A stretch of 64,000 bases of DNA, taken from NCBI GenBank assembly GCA_019745315.1, contig JAIETH010000001.1, forward strand, positions 90,526 to 154,525. The letters are read 5' to 3'. Under the pieces are notes generated by a model. The model was not told where the DNA came from. It searched no databases and was given only the letters and a program-made list of their open reading frames with translations. Source of the DNA: Patescibacteria group bacterium (GTDB lineage Bacteria; Patescibacteriota; Minisyncoccia; Phycocordibacterales; UBA918). Shown piece after piece: positions 28,327 to 40,223 of the stretch (position 1 is its first letter; each line of letters starts with the position of its first letter). The position numbers and the translations under genes were made by a program.

Positions 28327-29196
28327 ATGACTTATAGCGTTATTCTCTTTTATAAATACGTCACCATTGATGCGCCAGAGCTCCTTATGGAGCGGGAGCG
28401 CGCGGTGTGTGAGGTTTTGGGACTCACTGGTCGCGTGATCATTGCGACTGAGGGTATTAATGCAACGCTCGAAGGTACTACAGAAGCAATTGCAAAATAT
28501 AAAGCACATCTTAAAAAAGATAGTCGGTTTAAAAAGGTTGATATAAAAGAAACTGAAGGGAAGGGAGATCTGTTTCCACGCCTTTCTATTAAGGTGCGGT
28601 CTGAAATAGTGACATCACACTTGCCTGCGTCTATTAATCCACGAGTCGATACCGGTGTGCACCTCGCGCCTTCTGAGCTTAAAAAGTGGTTTGAGGCAGG
28701 AGAAGATTTTGAGATTATCGATATGCGGAATGACTACGAGTATGCGGTCGGGCATTTCAAAAATGCGCGCCCGAGTGGTATGAGTGATTTCAAAGATCTT
28801 CCAAAGGTAGCAGAGCGCTATAGCGATATTAAGGATAAAAAAGTGATCACGGTGTGCACCGGTGGTGTGCGCTGTGAGAAGGCGAGTGCCTATTTGAAAT
28901 CGCAGGGATTCACGAATGTGTATCAGCTTGAAGGGGGAATTCACCGTTATATGGAAAAGTATCCGGCACAAGAATTTTTGGGTACACTCTATACGTTTGA
29001 TGGACGTGTCACTATGGATCTTGGAGCGCACAACCATGAGGTTATAGGGGTGTGCGTGCACTGTGGCGAGAAAACAGAACGGTTTGCGGATTGTGCGCTT
29101 AAGTCATGTGGTAATCACTTCATTGCATGTACTGCATGTCGCGATGAGAGTGATCAGGTGTATTGTCAGGATCATGTGGCAGCTTTCGTGTCATAG
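28327..29196 (+). CDS. trhO: rhodanese-domain tRNA U34 hydroxylase
   Basis: LFYKY, EGINAT, D.RN.YE...GHF, CTGGVRCEK. Confidence 0.9.
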   Translation: MTYSVILFYKYVTIDAPELLMERERAVCEVLGLTGRVIIATEGINATLEGTTEAIAKYKAHLKKDSRFKKVDIKETEGKGDLFPRLSIKVRSEIVTSHLPASINPRVDTGVHLAPSELKKWFEAGEDFEIIDMRNDYEYAVGHFKNARPSGMSDFKDLPKVAERYSDIKDKKVITVCTGGVRCEKASAYLKSQGFTNVYQLEGGIHRYMEKYPAQEFLGTLYTFDGRVTMDLGAHNHEVIGVCVHCGEKTERFADCALKSCGNHFIACTACRDESDQVYCQDHVAAFVS

Positions 29197-29266
29197 TGCG
29201 CACACCGCTAGTACAAAAAAGAGATGGTGCAGTATATACTGAGTGTACTATCCTGTAATAAAATAT

Positions 29267-30478
29267 ATGGAAACAGATTCTTCTGAAGAAACAGCTTTGA
29301 ACTCTCATTCAACTCCTGACGCCACTTCGACTCCGGATACTGATCAGAAAAAGACTACTGCTTTTAAAACGACAGCTATGTCTGTCGGTTTTTTTGTACT
29401 CTGCGCCGTTGCTGCGATTGCTGTTGCGTACTTCCTTCATACGAGAGACGGGTCGTCAGGTGATTCTGCAGAAAAGAAGAGTGATGAGTCAGGCTTCTCA
29501 CTTTCACGACTTCCGATTACCTTTGGTAAATGTCTTGATTTCACTGTTCATGATGTAGTGAATGGTTTTGTAGTAAATAGCTGTGACGTAGGGACTGATG
29601 TTACTCGTGCGCTTTTGACAGGAAATACCACCATTGAAGGTTCAGTGGATCAATCAAGCTATTGTTCTCGTTTTGATGAATCGGGGTATGAGTATTCAGT
29701 GGGTAACTACATGCAGGTTGCAACCACGTCTCGCGCACTCTTGCCACAGGTGCTCGGAAAATCCCTTGAAAAAATATGTATTGAGTCGTATCAGTCGACG
29801 GGAGGGAATGTTTCATTTAATGTGACGCAGCTCGAAGTAGAATATTCTCGACAAAAAGGGCGTACCGAAGTATTTGCGCTTGGCGAGACAAATACAGTGA
29901 AAGACATTTTTGCCGTCTCCACGCAGTGCTATAACTACATGCCTGCGAACTGTTCGATACGAATACTTCCAAATGGATACGGGCTTACTGAAAATACCTA
30001 CGTACCAAAAACGTCTGAATCACTTTCTCATGTTCAACGAGTTGGTTCACGTGTCTACATGGAGTGGGGATTTGGAGATGCTGGTGTCTACTCTTCAAGC
30101 TACCTCTACTGGGATCCAGCGACGAATGGAGTAACAGGAACTCGCGTTTCCGGTGAAGGGGAGCGCATGGCGACATTTGGTCGTGTTGAATCTGCAAAAT
30201 CGTATCAATTTGAAGTTGCGTACCCAAGTTCTATGTCTCTTCTTGAAGATAGCGGACTTTTGACATATAGAGTCGAAGGAGGTCAACGCTCACTCATAGG
30301 GACACAAAAAGTTTTTCGAGATTCCGCCTCTCCTGATATCAGTCTTTCGCTCTCACTCTATCCAGAATATCCAAGCGATGAATATTCACGAATTCTTTTA
30401 AATGTATATGCTGAAGGAAAGAGTGAGACATACTACTTTGACACAACGACAGAGACCTTGATTCCGGTGACGTATTAG
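29267..30478 (+). CDS. membrane-anchored extracellular hypothetical protein
   Basis: single TM helix, Ser/Thr/Tyr-rich beta-type domain with paired Cys. Confidence 0.65.
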   Translation: METDSSEETALNSHSTPDATSTPDTDQKKTTAFKTTAMSVGFFVLCAVAAIAVAYFLHTRDGSSGDSAEKKSDESGFSLSRLPITFGKCLDFTVHDVVNGFVVNSCDVGTDVTRALLTGNTTIEGSVDQSSYCSRFDESGYEYSVGNYMQVATTSRALLPQVLGKSLEKICIESYQSTGGNVSFNVTQLEVEYSRQKGRTEVFALGETNTVKDIFAVSTQCYNYMPANCSIRILPNGYGLTENTYVPKTSESLSHVQRVGSRVYMEWGFGDAGVYSSSYLYWDPATNGVTGTRVSGEGERMATFGRVESAKSYQFEVAYPSSMSLLEDSGLLTYRVEGGQRSLIGTQKVFRDSASPDISLSLSLYPEYPSDEYSRILLNVYAEGKSETYYFDTTTETLIPVTY

Positions 30479-30525
30479 AAAAACCGCCTTCCTTTCGGAT
30501 GGCGGTTGTGTGGTGAGGCGATGCC

Positions 30526-30840
30526 TCAGTTCTTGAGGAAGGGCTGCACTCGCGATTGTATCGCGGCGAGCGCTTCAGCTTCGATCCTGTCGACGTCTTC
30601 CGGCGTCAGGTTCTGCGTGAGGGCGATCATCTCGCGCGAGCTCGGGTCTTCCTTGAGCCGGAGTTCATAGATGATCGCGAGTTGAAGCGGGGTGAGATCC
30701 TTGATTGTCGCGGTGATCAATCTCGCGAGCTCCTTATTCAGAAGACGTTGTTCGGGCGTGGACCAGTCCACCGCTCCTTGAGCACCGTCTCCGGTATTGA
30801 AAAAGCGTTTGCTGTCTCGGCCGCTTCTTGTATGGAACAT
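30526..30840 (-). CDS. stand-alone sigma70 region-4-like HTH protein
   Basis: TPEQ.LL..EL...I..LTP.Q..II..R...IA....LT.E.V..IE..AL..I; own promoter, SD and terminator. Confidence 0.65.
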   Translation of the reverse strand: MFHTRSGRDSKRFFNTGDGAQGAVDWSTPEQRLLNKELARLITATIKDLTPLQLAIIYELRLKEDPSSREMIALTQNLTPEDVDRIEAEALAAIQSRVQPFLKN

Positions 30841-30907
30841 GATAACCCCCTCGGTTTGGGTTTTTACCCACAAACATCATACAACTAAGGCTATGCTTGT
30901 CAAAAAA

Positions 30908-31996
30908 CTACTTACCTTGACCGTAGTATTCTTTGAGAGAAGTGACATGTTCTTCGTAGGTGATTGAGCAGTGGAAACCACCATCTCTGTCATGGAAGTA
31001 GAACATACAGTCTGTTTTTCGAGGATTCAATGCTGCGAGTATTGCGTCGAGAGAAGGATTTGCAATTGGCGCTGGAGGAAGTCCTTTGTTTTCATACGTA
31101 TTGAACATTGAGTTGATGTATTTGTCATCAGGTACTACGTTCGGCCACCATTTTGTTTGATGTTCAGTACCTTTTGCATACTGGAGCGTTGCGTCAATCT
31201 GAAGTTTCATACCGGCAAAAAGACGATTCCAGATAATTCCTGAGATATAGCGCATATCTTCAAAGTCGTATGCTTCGCGTTCAAGAATAGATGCGATGGT
31301 GAGTGCGTCAGCAAGAGAAACTTTCTCTGCGATATCTTCTCCATATCGAGCCAGAACTTCTTTTTTAAAGTGCTCATTCACAATCACCGCGACTTCTTTC
31401 GGAGATGCGCTTTTGCCGGTGATGTATGTGGATGGAGTGAATTTCCCTTCGCTCAGAGAGGGTTCAGCAGAAATAATCTCTTCTATAAAGAGCGCTCGCT
31501 CTTCTTCGGTCCAGTCTAAAATTTCTCCAAAGTTGTATGCGACTTCTTCTTTGCGTTCTCCTGATTGGATAACAAGAATGCGTCCTGTGGGAGAGGCAAT
31601 ATTTTGATAGAGCGGTATGTGGGTGAGGGTTGCGAGAACTCGACTAAACCAGCTTTCCTTTGAGCGTGTTGCAAGTGGTTCTTCTGTTATTGCTTCAACA
31701 AAAAATTCATCAACGTCAGGATTTTCGGTAATTAATTGTGCGCTCGGATCTACGCCGATAGGAAAAGGCTTATTGGCTGCAGACCCCCAGAGAGATTCGC
31801 CTGGGCCTTCCACCACTCGTCCTATTACTACATAGGTGCCGATAAGTACAAGTGCGATGCCTGCAGCCGCAACGCCTCCTCCATAGAGAGCGAATGTTTT
31901 AAGAGGGGAGAGAGAAGAAGACTTTTTCTCGTGCGGCGCTGTATAGAATTTCAACGGAAAATGTTCGCGAGTGCGTTTTTTGGGATTCAACTTCAT
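30908..31996 (-). CDS. MltG-like endolytic transglycosylase (paralog 1)
   Basis: ASILEREA, I.NRL...M.LQIDAT.QY, NTY...GLPP.PI.NP. Confidence 0.85.
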   Translation of the reverse strand: MKLNPKKRTREHFPLKFYTAPHEKKSSSLSPLKTFALYGGGVAAAGIALVLIGTYVVIGRVVEGPGESLWGSAANKPFPIGVDPSAQLITENPDVDEFFVEAITEEPLATRSKESWFSRVLATLTHIPLYQNIASPTGRILVIQSGERKEEVAYNFGEILDWTEEERALFIEEIISAEPSLSEGKFTPSTYITGKSASPKEVAVIVNEHFKKEVLARYGEDIAEKVSLADALTIASILEREAYDFEDMRYISGIIWNRLFAGMKLQIDATLQYAKGTEHQTKWWPNVVPDDKYINSMFNTYENKGLPPAPIANPSLDAILAALNPRKTDCMFYFHDRDGGFHCSITYEEHVTSLKEYYGQGK

Positions 31997-32126
31997 GTTC
32001 TATAAGTATCGCATATGTTGTGTTGACTGTCTTTGTGAGGAGTGGTGTATTATTGACTTTTTCATATAAAATGGTACTTTGTGGGTGGACAAAAACGTCC
32101 AGAATCCAACTGAGGGGTGTCAGACC

Positions 32127-32612
32127 ATGACCGATTCCGCCGCCGTGCCGACCATCCTGGAGCAGGTCCAGGCCGCGCTCGCCGCCATCAATCTCGGGGA
32201 TGTGAAGTTCCCGGAGTTCCACAAGTGCCGGCACTATGAGTCGCTCGATCTGACGCCGAGCGACCACTTGAAGCGGCTGTTCGCCCTTCGGTGGCAGATC
32301 GAACAGCGTCTCGAGCGGTCCATGGAGGCGCTGAAGGGCATGAGGCGCAGCGAGGTCAGCGAGGGCGTGCTGAAGAACATGGCTCGTGATGGCAACGCGG
32401 ACGTCATGCTCTTCCAGGCTGTCGGCGCGCTCGTCAACGCCGAACTCAATCGCGAGCTGGGCGAAGTCGCCATCACCAAGCCCCAAGAATTCCTCGACAT
32501 GGTGGTGGTCGAGCCTGGCTGGAAGCTGGGGTGGATCAACCACCCGGAAGGGATGGTCGTCCATGCTCTGGTTCTCGATCTCTTCGGCGGAAAGCGGCAG
32601 CGGCGCCACTGA
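32127..32612 (+). CDS. GC-rich hypothetical protein (stand-alone cassette)
   Basis: TTGACT...TGGTACTTT promoter, SD GAGGGG, terminator + TTTTTTATACCC. Confidence 0.7.
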   Translation: MTDSAAVPTILEQVQAALAAINLGDVKFPEFHKCRHYESLDLTPSDHLKRLFALRWQIEQRLERSMEALKGMRRSEVSEGVLKNMARDGNADVMLFQAVGALVNAELNRELGEVAITKPQEFLDMVVVEPGWKLGWINHPEGMVVHALVLDLFGGKRQRRH

Positions 32613-32750
32613 TTCTGTTCTTCGGCCTCCTGGCCAACGGCTCCCTCACGGGCGCCGTTTTTTTATACCCAAACAGACGCCAGGAGTGGAAAACAATTTT
32701 GAAAAGAGGTCACTCTCTGCTATACTCTGGCTGATTTTCATTGTCTATTT

Positions 32751-33554
32751 ATGATTTCTACAGCATACGCAGCAACTGCGGCAACAGAAGAAGTGGTAAA
32801 AGAGGGTCTTTCTATCCACATTGCTCCAACTATCATAGGACATATTGGCTCAATGCCACTTACCAACACCATTGTCACTGCGTGGTTCGTGCTTCTTTTG
32901 GTGCTCGGTATCGCATTTTATTTCCGAAAGTCGTTTAAAACACTCCCTTCAAAGGGGCAGGTGTTGGTTGAAACCGTTATTGGGGGAGCATATGACTATA
33001 TGGCGGAAACTCTGGAGAGCAGAGAGCTTGCACGTAAGTTTTTCCCGGTGATCATGACGATTTTCATATTCATCCTGTCATTGAACTGGGTGGGGCTCCT
33101 TCCAGGAGTGGATAGTATCGGAATCTATGCGGAGCATGGCGGACACGAAACACTGGTGCCGTTCCTCCATCCGGCAAATACTGATCTCAATATCACGATA
33201 GCGTTTGCGATTGTGGCAGTTCTCACGATTGAGGCAGCGGGTATTATGCTCCTTGGTTTCTTGAAGTACGGAGGCAAGTTTGTTACGTTTAAGTCCCCAC
33301 TTGCGTTTGTGATTGGAATCATTGAACTTATTGGGGAAATAGCGCGTCTTATCTCATTCTCATTCCGACTTTTCGGAAACATTTTTGCAGGGAAGACGCT
33401 GTTGGTGGTTGCGATCTTCTTTATACCGTTTGTGATGCCGGTGCCGATACTTGCGTTTGAGGTTTTTGTAGGCTTCATCCAAGCGTTGGTATTTTCAGTG
33501 CTGACACTGGTATTTATCAAGCTTGCGATAACGGAGCATAGTGATGCACACTAG
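32751..33554 (+). CDS. atpB: ATP synthase subunit a
   Basis: S.SFRLFGNIFAG, FE.FVG.IQA.VF. Confidence 0.96.
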   Translation: MISTAYAATAATEEVVKEGLSIHIAPTIIGHIGSMPLTNTIVTAWFVLLLVLGIAFYFRKSFKTLPSKGQVLVETVIGGAYDYMAETLESRELARKFFPVIMTIFIFILSLNWVGLLPGVDSIGIYAEHGGHETLVPFLHPANTDLNITIAFAIVAVLTIEAAGIMLLGFLKYGGKFVTFKSPLAFVIGIIELIGEIARLISFSFRLFGNIFAGKTLLVVAIFFIPFVMPVPILAFEVFVGFIQALVFSVLTLVFIKLAITEHSDAH

Positions 33555-33567
33555 TGAGTAACCATGA

Positions 33568-33847
<280 letters not shown>

Positions 33848-33849
<2 letters not shown>

Positions 33850-33973
33850 AGCATTCCCAAAAGTTTCATCTGCGTCGTCGTTTTTCGTCGCAAAAGTCCT
33901 CACCGTACACACCAGTACGACTCGAACTTTTGCTCCTCAACTTCTCGCATCTGAACCCTTTTTGAAACGCTTT
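33848..33973. repeat. structured intergenic element, copy 1
   Basis: terminal inverted repeats; TCATCTGC, CTCACCGTA and TACGACTCG shared with 38723-38843. Confidence 0.7.
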
Positions 33974-33990
33974 AAACAATAACTATTGCT

Positions 33991-34437
33991 ATGCAGGAAA
34001 TTATCAACGCATTCGGTATCGACTGGCGACTCATCGTCATTCAAATATTTAACTTTGCCCTTTTGCTCACTGGGCTCTGGTATTTCCTGTATACACCAGT
34101 GCTTACCATGCTTGAGAAGCGTCAGAAGACTATTGAAAAAGGTCTTGCTGATGCAGCGTTGGCAGAACAGGCGCTCACAGGAGCTGAGACTGAAAAAGCA
34201 GCTATCGTGAAAGCGGCGCATGACGAAGCGACTGCTGTTTCGCTTCGCGCGAAGGCATATGCTGATGAAAAATCAGCAGCGCTTGTGCGTGAAGCAGAAG
34301 AGAAAACGACTCGCATGATGGAAGAGGCAAAGAAGGCAGGTCTCGAGCTCCAAAACAGACTCTATAAAGAAAGTGAGGCAGAAATCGCACGCACTGCACT
34401 CCTTGCAGCAGAAAAGATTTTGAAGCAACGCGCATAA
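33991..34437 (+). CDS. atpF: ATP synthase subunit b
   Basis: GIDW...IQ..NF, Y.P....LEKR, coiled coil; operon position. Confidence 0.93.
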   Translation: MQEIINAFGIDWRLIVIQIFNFALLLTGLWYFLYTPVLTMLEKRQKTIEKGLADAALAEQALTGAETEKAAIVKAAHDEATAVSLRAKAYADEKSAALVREAEEKTTRMMEEAKKAGLELQNRLYKESEAEIARTALLAAEKILKQRA

Positions 34438-34438
34438 C

Positions 34439-34825
34439 ATGAACCACACCGTGTATAGAGATGCTACTCTCCGCGCACTCGCGTCAGGTACTTCGCCTGA
34501 GGTAGTGCTTTCTGGATTGCAAAAAACTCTCGCACGTCGAGGTCATACAAAGTTGTACGGAGCTGTTTTGAAAGAGGTGCTTGCGTCTCTTTCAAAGAAA
34601 GAAGCAGACGGTATAGCAATCATACTCCTTGCGCGAAAAGAAGATGAAGGAACATATGCAGAGGCAATCAAAGCGTTTGTACACACCGCGCACGCGACAG
34701 GTACCCGCATTGTTGTCGACGAATCAATAGTAGGGGGATTTATCGCACAGACCACAACCACAAAACGAGATCAGAGCTATAAAGGTTCTCTTGTAGCTCT
34801 CTATCGATCATTAACCGCAGGATAA
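34439..34825 (+). CDS. atpH: ATP synthase subunit delta (short)
   Basis: VDESIVGGF...D.S motif; operon position. Confidence 0.85.
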   Translation: MNHTVYRDATLRALASGTSPEVVLSGLQKTLARRGHTKLYGAVLKEVLASLSKKEADGIAIILLARKEDEGTYAEAIKAFVHTAHATGTRIVVDESIVGGFIAQTTTTKRDQSYKGSLVALYRSLTAG

Positions 34826-34846
34826 TTTAATCACTAACACATTACT

Positions 34847-36412
34847 ATGAGCAATCCAATCATCGAACGTATTCAAAAGGAAATCGAATCTCTTGATACA
34901 TCCTCAAAGGATGAGCAGATTGGGCGCGTGGTCACTGTGGGTGATGGTGTTGCTGAGATCGAAGGACTTGTCTCGGCACAGATGTCTGAAATGGTGGTGT
35001 TTGACGAGAGTGAAGGGAAGACTCTTGAGGAGACCATTGCGCACAAGGATGCGCTCTATGGACTCGTACTCAACCTTGAGGAGGAGTTGGTGAAGGTGGT
35101 GGTGCTTGGAGATACTGCGCGTATCAAAGAGGGAATGACTGCGCGTCGTACAGGAAAGCTTTTGAATATTCCAGTTGGAGACGCAATTATCGGTCGCGTG
35201 GTGAATCCGCTTGGAGACGCTATCGACGGAAAGGGCGCAATTGCAACCGATAGAGAGATGCCGATTGAGCGCATTGCGTATGGTGTAATGGATCGCGATT
35301 CAGTAAACACTCCAATTCATACCGGTATTAAGGCAATTGATGCAATGATCCCGATTGGTCGTGGTCAGCGTGAGCTTATCATTGGAGATCGCGCTACAGG
35401 CAAGACAACGATTGCGATTGATACTATTTTAAATCAACGATTTGAACCAAAAGAAACTCGCCCTATTTGTATTTATGTAGCGGTGGGGCAGAAAGAGTCA
35501 AAGACTGCGCGCATCATGGGCGAATTGCAGGAAGCAGGGGCTCTTGAATACACCATCATCGTATCAACTTCAGCATCTGACCCTTCAGCATTGCAGTATC
35601 TTGCACCATTTGCGGGAGCTGCTATCGGAGAGTATTTCATGGAGAAAGGGAAGGATGCTCTCATTATTTACGACGATCTTTCAAAGCATGCGGTTGCATA
35701 TCGCCAGATGTCACTTCTTCTTCGTCGCCCACCAGGACGCGAGGCATACCCAGGAGACATCTTCTACTTGCACTCACGTCTTCTTGAGCGTGCTGCAAAG
35801 TTGAATGAAAAACTAGGAGGAGGTTCTCTTACGGCTCTCCCTATCATTGAGACACAAGAGGGAGACGTGTCTGCATACATTCCAACAAACGTTATTTCAA
35901 TTACTGACGGACAGATCTTCCTTGAGACTGATCTCTTCAATAAAGGAATTCGTCCAGCATTGAACGTTGGTATCTCAGTATCTCGTGTGGGGTCTTCAGC
36001 GCAAACAAAAGCAATGAAGAAAGTGTCAGGAAAGATTCGTCTTGAGCTCGCACAGTTTCGAGAACTTGAAGCCTTCATGCAGTTCTCTCAGGACTTGGAT
36101 GAAGATACAAAGAAGCGTATTGAGAGCGGACGCAAGTACACTGAGCTCTTGAAGCAGAAGCAGCACCAGACGATGCCGTTTTATCATCAGGTTGTGTCTC
36201 TTTATGGTGCAAACGGAGGATTGCTTGATGGGGCGAAGGTTGAGGATGTGAAGAAGATTGAAGAGGAGTTCATTGGATTTCTTGAGCGCGATCGCGCAGC
36301 GATTGTGGAATCTATTCGCGATACACGTGCGATTAGTGATGAGGTAGACGGTATGCTCAAGGCAGCAATCACTGACTTTAAGGTTGCATTCCCAGCATTC
36401 TACGCAGCATAG
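34847..36412 (+). CDS. atpA: ATP synthase subunit alpha
   Basis: [26 protein letters not shown]. Confidence 0.97.
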   Translation: MSNPIIERIQKEIESLDTSSKDEQIGRVVTVGDGVAEIEGLVSAQMSEMVVFDESEGKTLEETIAHKDALYGLVLNLEEELVKVVVLGDTARIKEGMTARRTGKLLNIPVGDAIIGRVVNPLGDAIDGKGAIATDREMPIERIAYGVMDRDSVNTPIHTGIKAIDAMIPIGRGQRELIIGDRATGKTTIAIDTILNQRFEPKETRPICIYVAVGQKESKTARIMGELQEAGALEYTIIVSTSASDPSALQYLAPFAGAAIGEYFMEKGKDALIIYDDLSKHAVAYRQMSLLLRRPPGREAYPGDIFYLHSRLLERAAKLNEKLGGGSLTALPIIETQEGDVSAYIPTNVISITDGQIFLETDLFNKGIRPALNVGISVSRVGSSAQTKAMKKVSGKIRLELAQFRELEAFMQFSQDLDEDTKKRIESGRKYTELLKQKQHQTMPFYHQVVSLYGANGGLLDGAKVEDVKKIEEEFIGFLERDRAAIVESIRDTRAISDEVDGMLKAAITDFKVAFPAFYAA

Positions 36413-36431
36413 TCGAGACGATACATAACGT

Positions 36432-37340
36432 ATGGCACTCAAAGACATAAAAAACAAAATACGCGCCACAGACCGCACTCGCAAAGTTACCAAAGCGATG
36501 GAGGCAGTGTCAGCGGTGAAGATGCGCAAGAGCCAGGAGCGTGCGCTCTATAACCGTGGATATGCTGAAGCGGCGCTCCGTATTCTTAATAATGTGCAAA
36601 ACACTCCTGACATTGCCAAGAGCCCGTACATCATTAAAGAAGGGGCTCGCGAATGTATTGTGGTTATCACTTCAGACAAAGGACTTGCAGGAAGTCTTAA
36701 TAGTGCGGTGCTAAAACTCGTTGAGACATACACAAAAGGGAAAGATCCAGAATCTATCGTTGCTATCTGTCTTGGACGTAAAGGATATGAATTTTGTCTT
36801 CGAAAAGGATTTGATATCCCATATTTTGCGGTGCAGGTGCGTGATGAAATTTCTATTGATGATTTGGCAGAGGTCTCTGAGCACGCAGTGCGCGCATACC
36901 AAACCGCTGATGTGCGTATGCTTTCTGTGTTTTTCCAGAACTTCATAACAACATTTGCTCAGGAGGCAGCGCGTCGCCAGCTCTTGCCGTTGAGTTCTGA
37001 AACAATTGTCGACATGATCAAGGGAATCATTCCAAAGTCAGGTCGTTACAGTGAGAGCGAGGTTCGCACCAAAGGAGCAGATTACACATTTGAACCAAGT
37101 AGCGAAGAAGTTTTTAATACGCTGATTCCAGAGCTGACGCATATTCTTCTTTATCATGCGCTTTTGGAAACGAAAGCCTCCGAGCACTCGGCCCGCATGG
37201 TCGCGATGAAGAATGCATCGGATAACGCAAAAGAAGTTTCCAAGAAATTAACACTCAAGTACAACAAGGCACGACAGGCAGCAATCACAAGAGAAGTTTC
37301 AGAGATCACCGGAGGAATGGAGGCGATGGCACAGAAATAA
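36432..37340 (+). CDS. atpG: ATP synthase subunit gamma
   Basis: SDKGLAG.LN, ASEHSARM.AM..ASDNA, RQAAIT.E. Confidence 0.96.
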   Translation: MALKDIKNKIRATDRTRKVTKAMEAVSAVKMRKSQERALYNRGYAEAALRILNNVQNTPDIAKSPYIIKEGARECIVVITSDKGLAGSLNSAVLKLVETYTKGKDPESIVAICLGRKGYEFCLRKGFDIPYFAVQVRDEISIDDLAEVSEHAVRAYQTADVRMLSVFFQNFITTFAQEAARRQLLPLSSETIVDMIKGIIPKSGRYSESEVRTKGADYTFEPSSEEVFNTLIPELTHILLYHALLETKASEHSARMVAMKNASDNAKEVSKKLTLKYNKARQAAITREVSEITGGMEAMAQK

Positions 37341-37353
37341 ATTAACAACATAA

Positions 37354-38722
<1,369 letters not shown>

Positions 38723-38724
<2 letters not shown>

Positions 38725-38843
38725 TATGCCCCAAATTCCCTCATCTGCATTGTTGCGAACATCGGCGCTCACTCACCGTATACTCAATACGACTCGTTTC
38801 TCGCCTCGTTCGCGCCGCGCAGCTGAGGTTTTTGGAACATATT
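38723..38843. repeat. structured intergenic element, copy 2
   Basis: AATATG.CCCAAA..CCTCA / TGAGG.TTTTGGAACATATT termini; internal motifs shared with copy 1. Confidence 0.7.
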
Positions 38844-38877
38844 AATTTTTGCAAAAAGGAGTATAGTAAAAAAATAT

Positions 38878-39111
38878 ATGAAACTACGAATTGCGCGCGT
38901 TGGAGAATCACTCTTTGAAGGAGACGCTCTTTCTTTGAATCTTCCCGGAAGTGAGGGAGATATGACGATTCTTCCAGGGCACGCACCCCTTATCGCAACA
39001 CTTCGTGCGGGTACTGTCCGTGTTGTTGATGCTGCCAAAGAGCATAAAGAATTTGAAATCAAAAAAGGTCTCGTAGAGATATCAAACAGTGAAGTGATTG
39101 TACTGGTTTAA
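38878..39111 (+). CDS. atpC: ATP synthase subunit epsilon (N-terminal domain only)
   Basis: PG.EG...ILPGHAPLI..L..G; 77 aa. Confidence 0.9.
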   Translation: MKLRIARVGESLFEGDALSLNLPGSEGDMTILPGHAPLIATLRAGTVRVVDAAKEHKEFEIKKGLVEISNSEVIVLV

Positions 39112-39131
39112 TATATTAAAAAATCCCTAGA

Positions 39132-39383
39132 ATGGATCTACTCAAAGCACCAAAGCAATTTGTCGACAGTGTAGCTGGAGGATTCACTGATGAGCATTTT
39201 ATTCTTGCCATGCTTTCGGGAGAGAGCGGGCAGGCGTACGCGGCGACTCCTAAGCACGCAAAGCGCATTGCGCAGTGGCTCACGTATCAGGTCGGAGAAT
39301 ATGAAAAGAAGCACGGAAGAATAGACACAGAATGGACGCCTGGCATGAAAAGCCCTATCCAATCAGAGGACTTGGGCAAATAA
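39132..39383 (+). CDS. conserved hypothetical protein (DUF3467-like)
   Basis: TP.HAKR...L...V..YE..HG.I pattern. Confidence 0.6.
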   Translation: MDLLKAPKQFVDSVAGGFTDEHFILAMLSGESGQAYAATPKHAKRIAQWLTYQVGEYEKKHGRIDTEWTPGMKSPIQSEDLGK

Positions 39384-39431
39384 TACCAGTCGGTAGTTTT
39401 AGAAAAATAACTTTCTGATACACTAAGGGCT

Positions 39432-39938
39432 ATGGAATATATATTTATGATTGTGCCAGTTGTATACAAACTGGCACTGACTCTTGGAATAGGGTCTTCA
39501 ACGTTTGCACTTATTTTCTTTATACAGTCAAAGCAGGATGGAATTGTTGATGAGACAGAGCGACGGTTTTTGCGTACAGTGATCACTGTTATGCGCGTGG
39601 GAATGGTGGGTATTGTTGCCTCACTTCTTTTCTATACATACGCATTTTGGAATAGTGCAGTAAACCTATTTGCTGATCCGATCTTCTTGATGGAGTCGAC
39701 AATAATGACTGTGATTATCCTCAATGCAATCTTGATGCAGTTTAGGGTAATGCCTATGTGGCTTGGTCCTGCTATTGCGGGGGCAAGCTGGTATTCACTC
39801 TTCTTCCTTACCAGTGTGCCGTTTACTGTGACTAGCTATGGAATGTTCATTACCTACTATGCGCTCTTTGGTGCGGTGTTCTACGGCGTGTTTACAATCA
39901 TTCAGCACTTCTTCTCTCCAAAGCCAAAAGTGATCTAA
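39432..39938 (+). CDS. integral membrane hypothetical protein
   Basis: about 5 TM helices. Confidence 0.7.
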   Translation: MEYIFMIVPVVYKLALTLGIGSSTFALIFFIQSKQDGIVDETERRFLRTVITVMRVGMVGIVASLLFYTYAFWNSAVNLFADPIFLMESTIMTVIILNAILMQFRVMPMWLGPAIAGASWYSLFFLTSVPFTVTSYGMFITYYALFGAVFYGVFTIIQHFFSPKPKVI

Positions 39939-39972
39939 TTGAAATCAAAAGCCTTTCTGCTACAATAACGCG

Positions 39973-40203
39973 ATGTTAAAAAATTTTTTGATGCGCAAGA
40001 TGCTTCAGTCACAGACGAAGAATCTTCCAAAAGAACAGCAAGACCAAGTAATGATGATGCTTGAAAAGGACCCCGATTTGTTTATGAAGATTGCTCAGGA
40101 GGTACAGGAAGAAATGAAGAAAGGAAAAGATCAGATGGCGGCTGCGATGGCGGTGATGCCAAAGTACCAAGACAAACTCAAGGAGTTGATGGGTCCGAAG
40201 TAA
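39973..40203 (+). CDS. small Met/Gln-rich helical protein
   Basis: clean ORF, TACAAT 6 nt upstream. Confidence 0.7.
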   Translation: MLKNFLMRKMLQSQTKNLPKEQQDQVMMMLEKDPDLFMKIAQEVQEEMKKGKDQMAAAMAVMPKYQDKLKELMGPK

Positions 40204-40223
40204 TATTCCTATAACAATCCTGC

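Noticed and set aside
31899-32609. 236-aa minus-strand ORF
   Set aside because: It is an antisense shadow of the GC-rich gene 32127-32612, which has the expression signals.
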